The notes beneath the pieces were generated by a model that ran no database searches, was not told where the DNA came from, and was given only the letters and a program-made list of their open reading frames with translations. A stretch of DNA of 64,000 bases, taken from assembly GCA_034780895.1 (NCBI GenBank), contig JAUZTB010000107.1, positions 67,806,960 through 67,870,959 of the forward strand. Direction: 5' to 3'. Source of the stretch: Rhynchobatus australiae (taxonomy: Eukaryota). Both the position numbers and the translations under genes were made by a program. Shown here one piece after another: positions 63,465 to 64,000 of the stretch (its first letter is position 1; every line of letters begins with the position of its first letter).

Positions 63465-64000
63465 TTAGGGTGGTTCAGGAGGGTTTAAATTAGTTTGTGG
63501 CAGGGATGGGAACCAGCGGGGTAGGTCAGAGGAAGAAGTGGATGTCGAAAAGTCAGATCCAACATGCAGAGAGTCTTTGAGGAAGGAGAAGCAGAGTACA
63601 GGGTATAAAAATAGAAAAGGTGGATGGGCTAAAGTGCACTTACTTAAATGCACAAAGTATCAGGAATAAGGGTGATGGACTGAGATCTTAGATAAGTACA
63701 TGGGACTATGATACTGTGGCTCTTGCAGAGAATTGGCTGTCACCATGGCAGGAATAGATATTGAATATTCCTGGATTTCAGTCTTTTAAAAAGGGATGGT
63801 GGGGTGGGGGAGAGGNNNNNNNNNNNNNNNNNNNNNNNNNNNNNNNNNNNNNNNNNNNNNNNNNNNNNNNNNNNNNNNNNNNNNNNNNNNNNNNNNNNNN
63901 NNNNNNNNNNNNNNNGAGGGTTGTGGTAGAGGGAGTGCATTCAGATTGGAGGGCTGTGACTAGTGGTGCCCGACGAGAATCAGTTCTGGGACCTCTACTT
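63465..64000 (+). mobile_element. CR1 LINE (ORF1 end / ORF2 endonuclease start, gap, RT fragment)
   Basis: GAGGGTTTAAATTAG (ORF1 end), then LKCTYLNAQSIRNKGDGLRS-ISTWDYDTVAL. After the gap it reads RVVVEGVHSDWRAVTSGARRESVLGPLL. Confidence 0.8.

Overview
Gappy eukaryotic genomic DNA, almost certainly from a cartilaginous fish (inferred from HE1-type SINEs, CR1 LINEs with (CTCTATGA)n-like tails and palindromic Penelope-derived elements). There are three protein-coding genes, all with exon structures rebuilt by hand from GT-AG junctions. Two are tandem 4-exon bHLH-Orange-WRPW genes on the + strand: a her8.2/Hes6-2-like gene (12673-13869, 239 aa) and hes6 (24071-25139, 231 aa). The third is the last six coding exons of the clock gene per2 on the - strand (62537 down to the stop at 50559), converging on the hes pair. 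The rest is mostly decayed RTE, CR1 and L2 LINEs, SINEs, MITEs and one solo LTR. I see no new protein-based system. The best leads are: (1) a three-part Sox/CSL/Hes motif repeated with identical spacing at 3593 and 10124; (2) loss of one Cys of the PER2 CxxC that forms the zinc bridge to CRY, plus other erosion of the PER2 C-terminus; (3) an apparently intact minimal hammerhead ribozyme in a Penelope-derived palindrome; (4) a possible ~12.7-kb per2 3'UTR containing an 82-nt fold-back hairpin. Comparisons with other species come from memory and need alignment to confirm.
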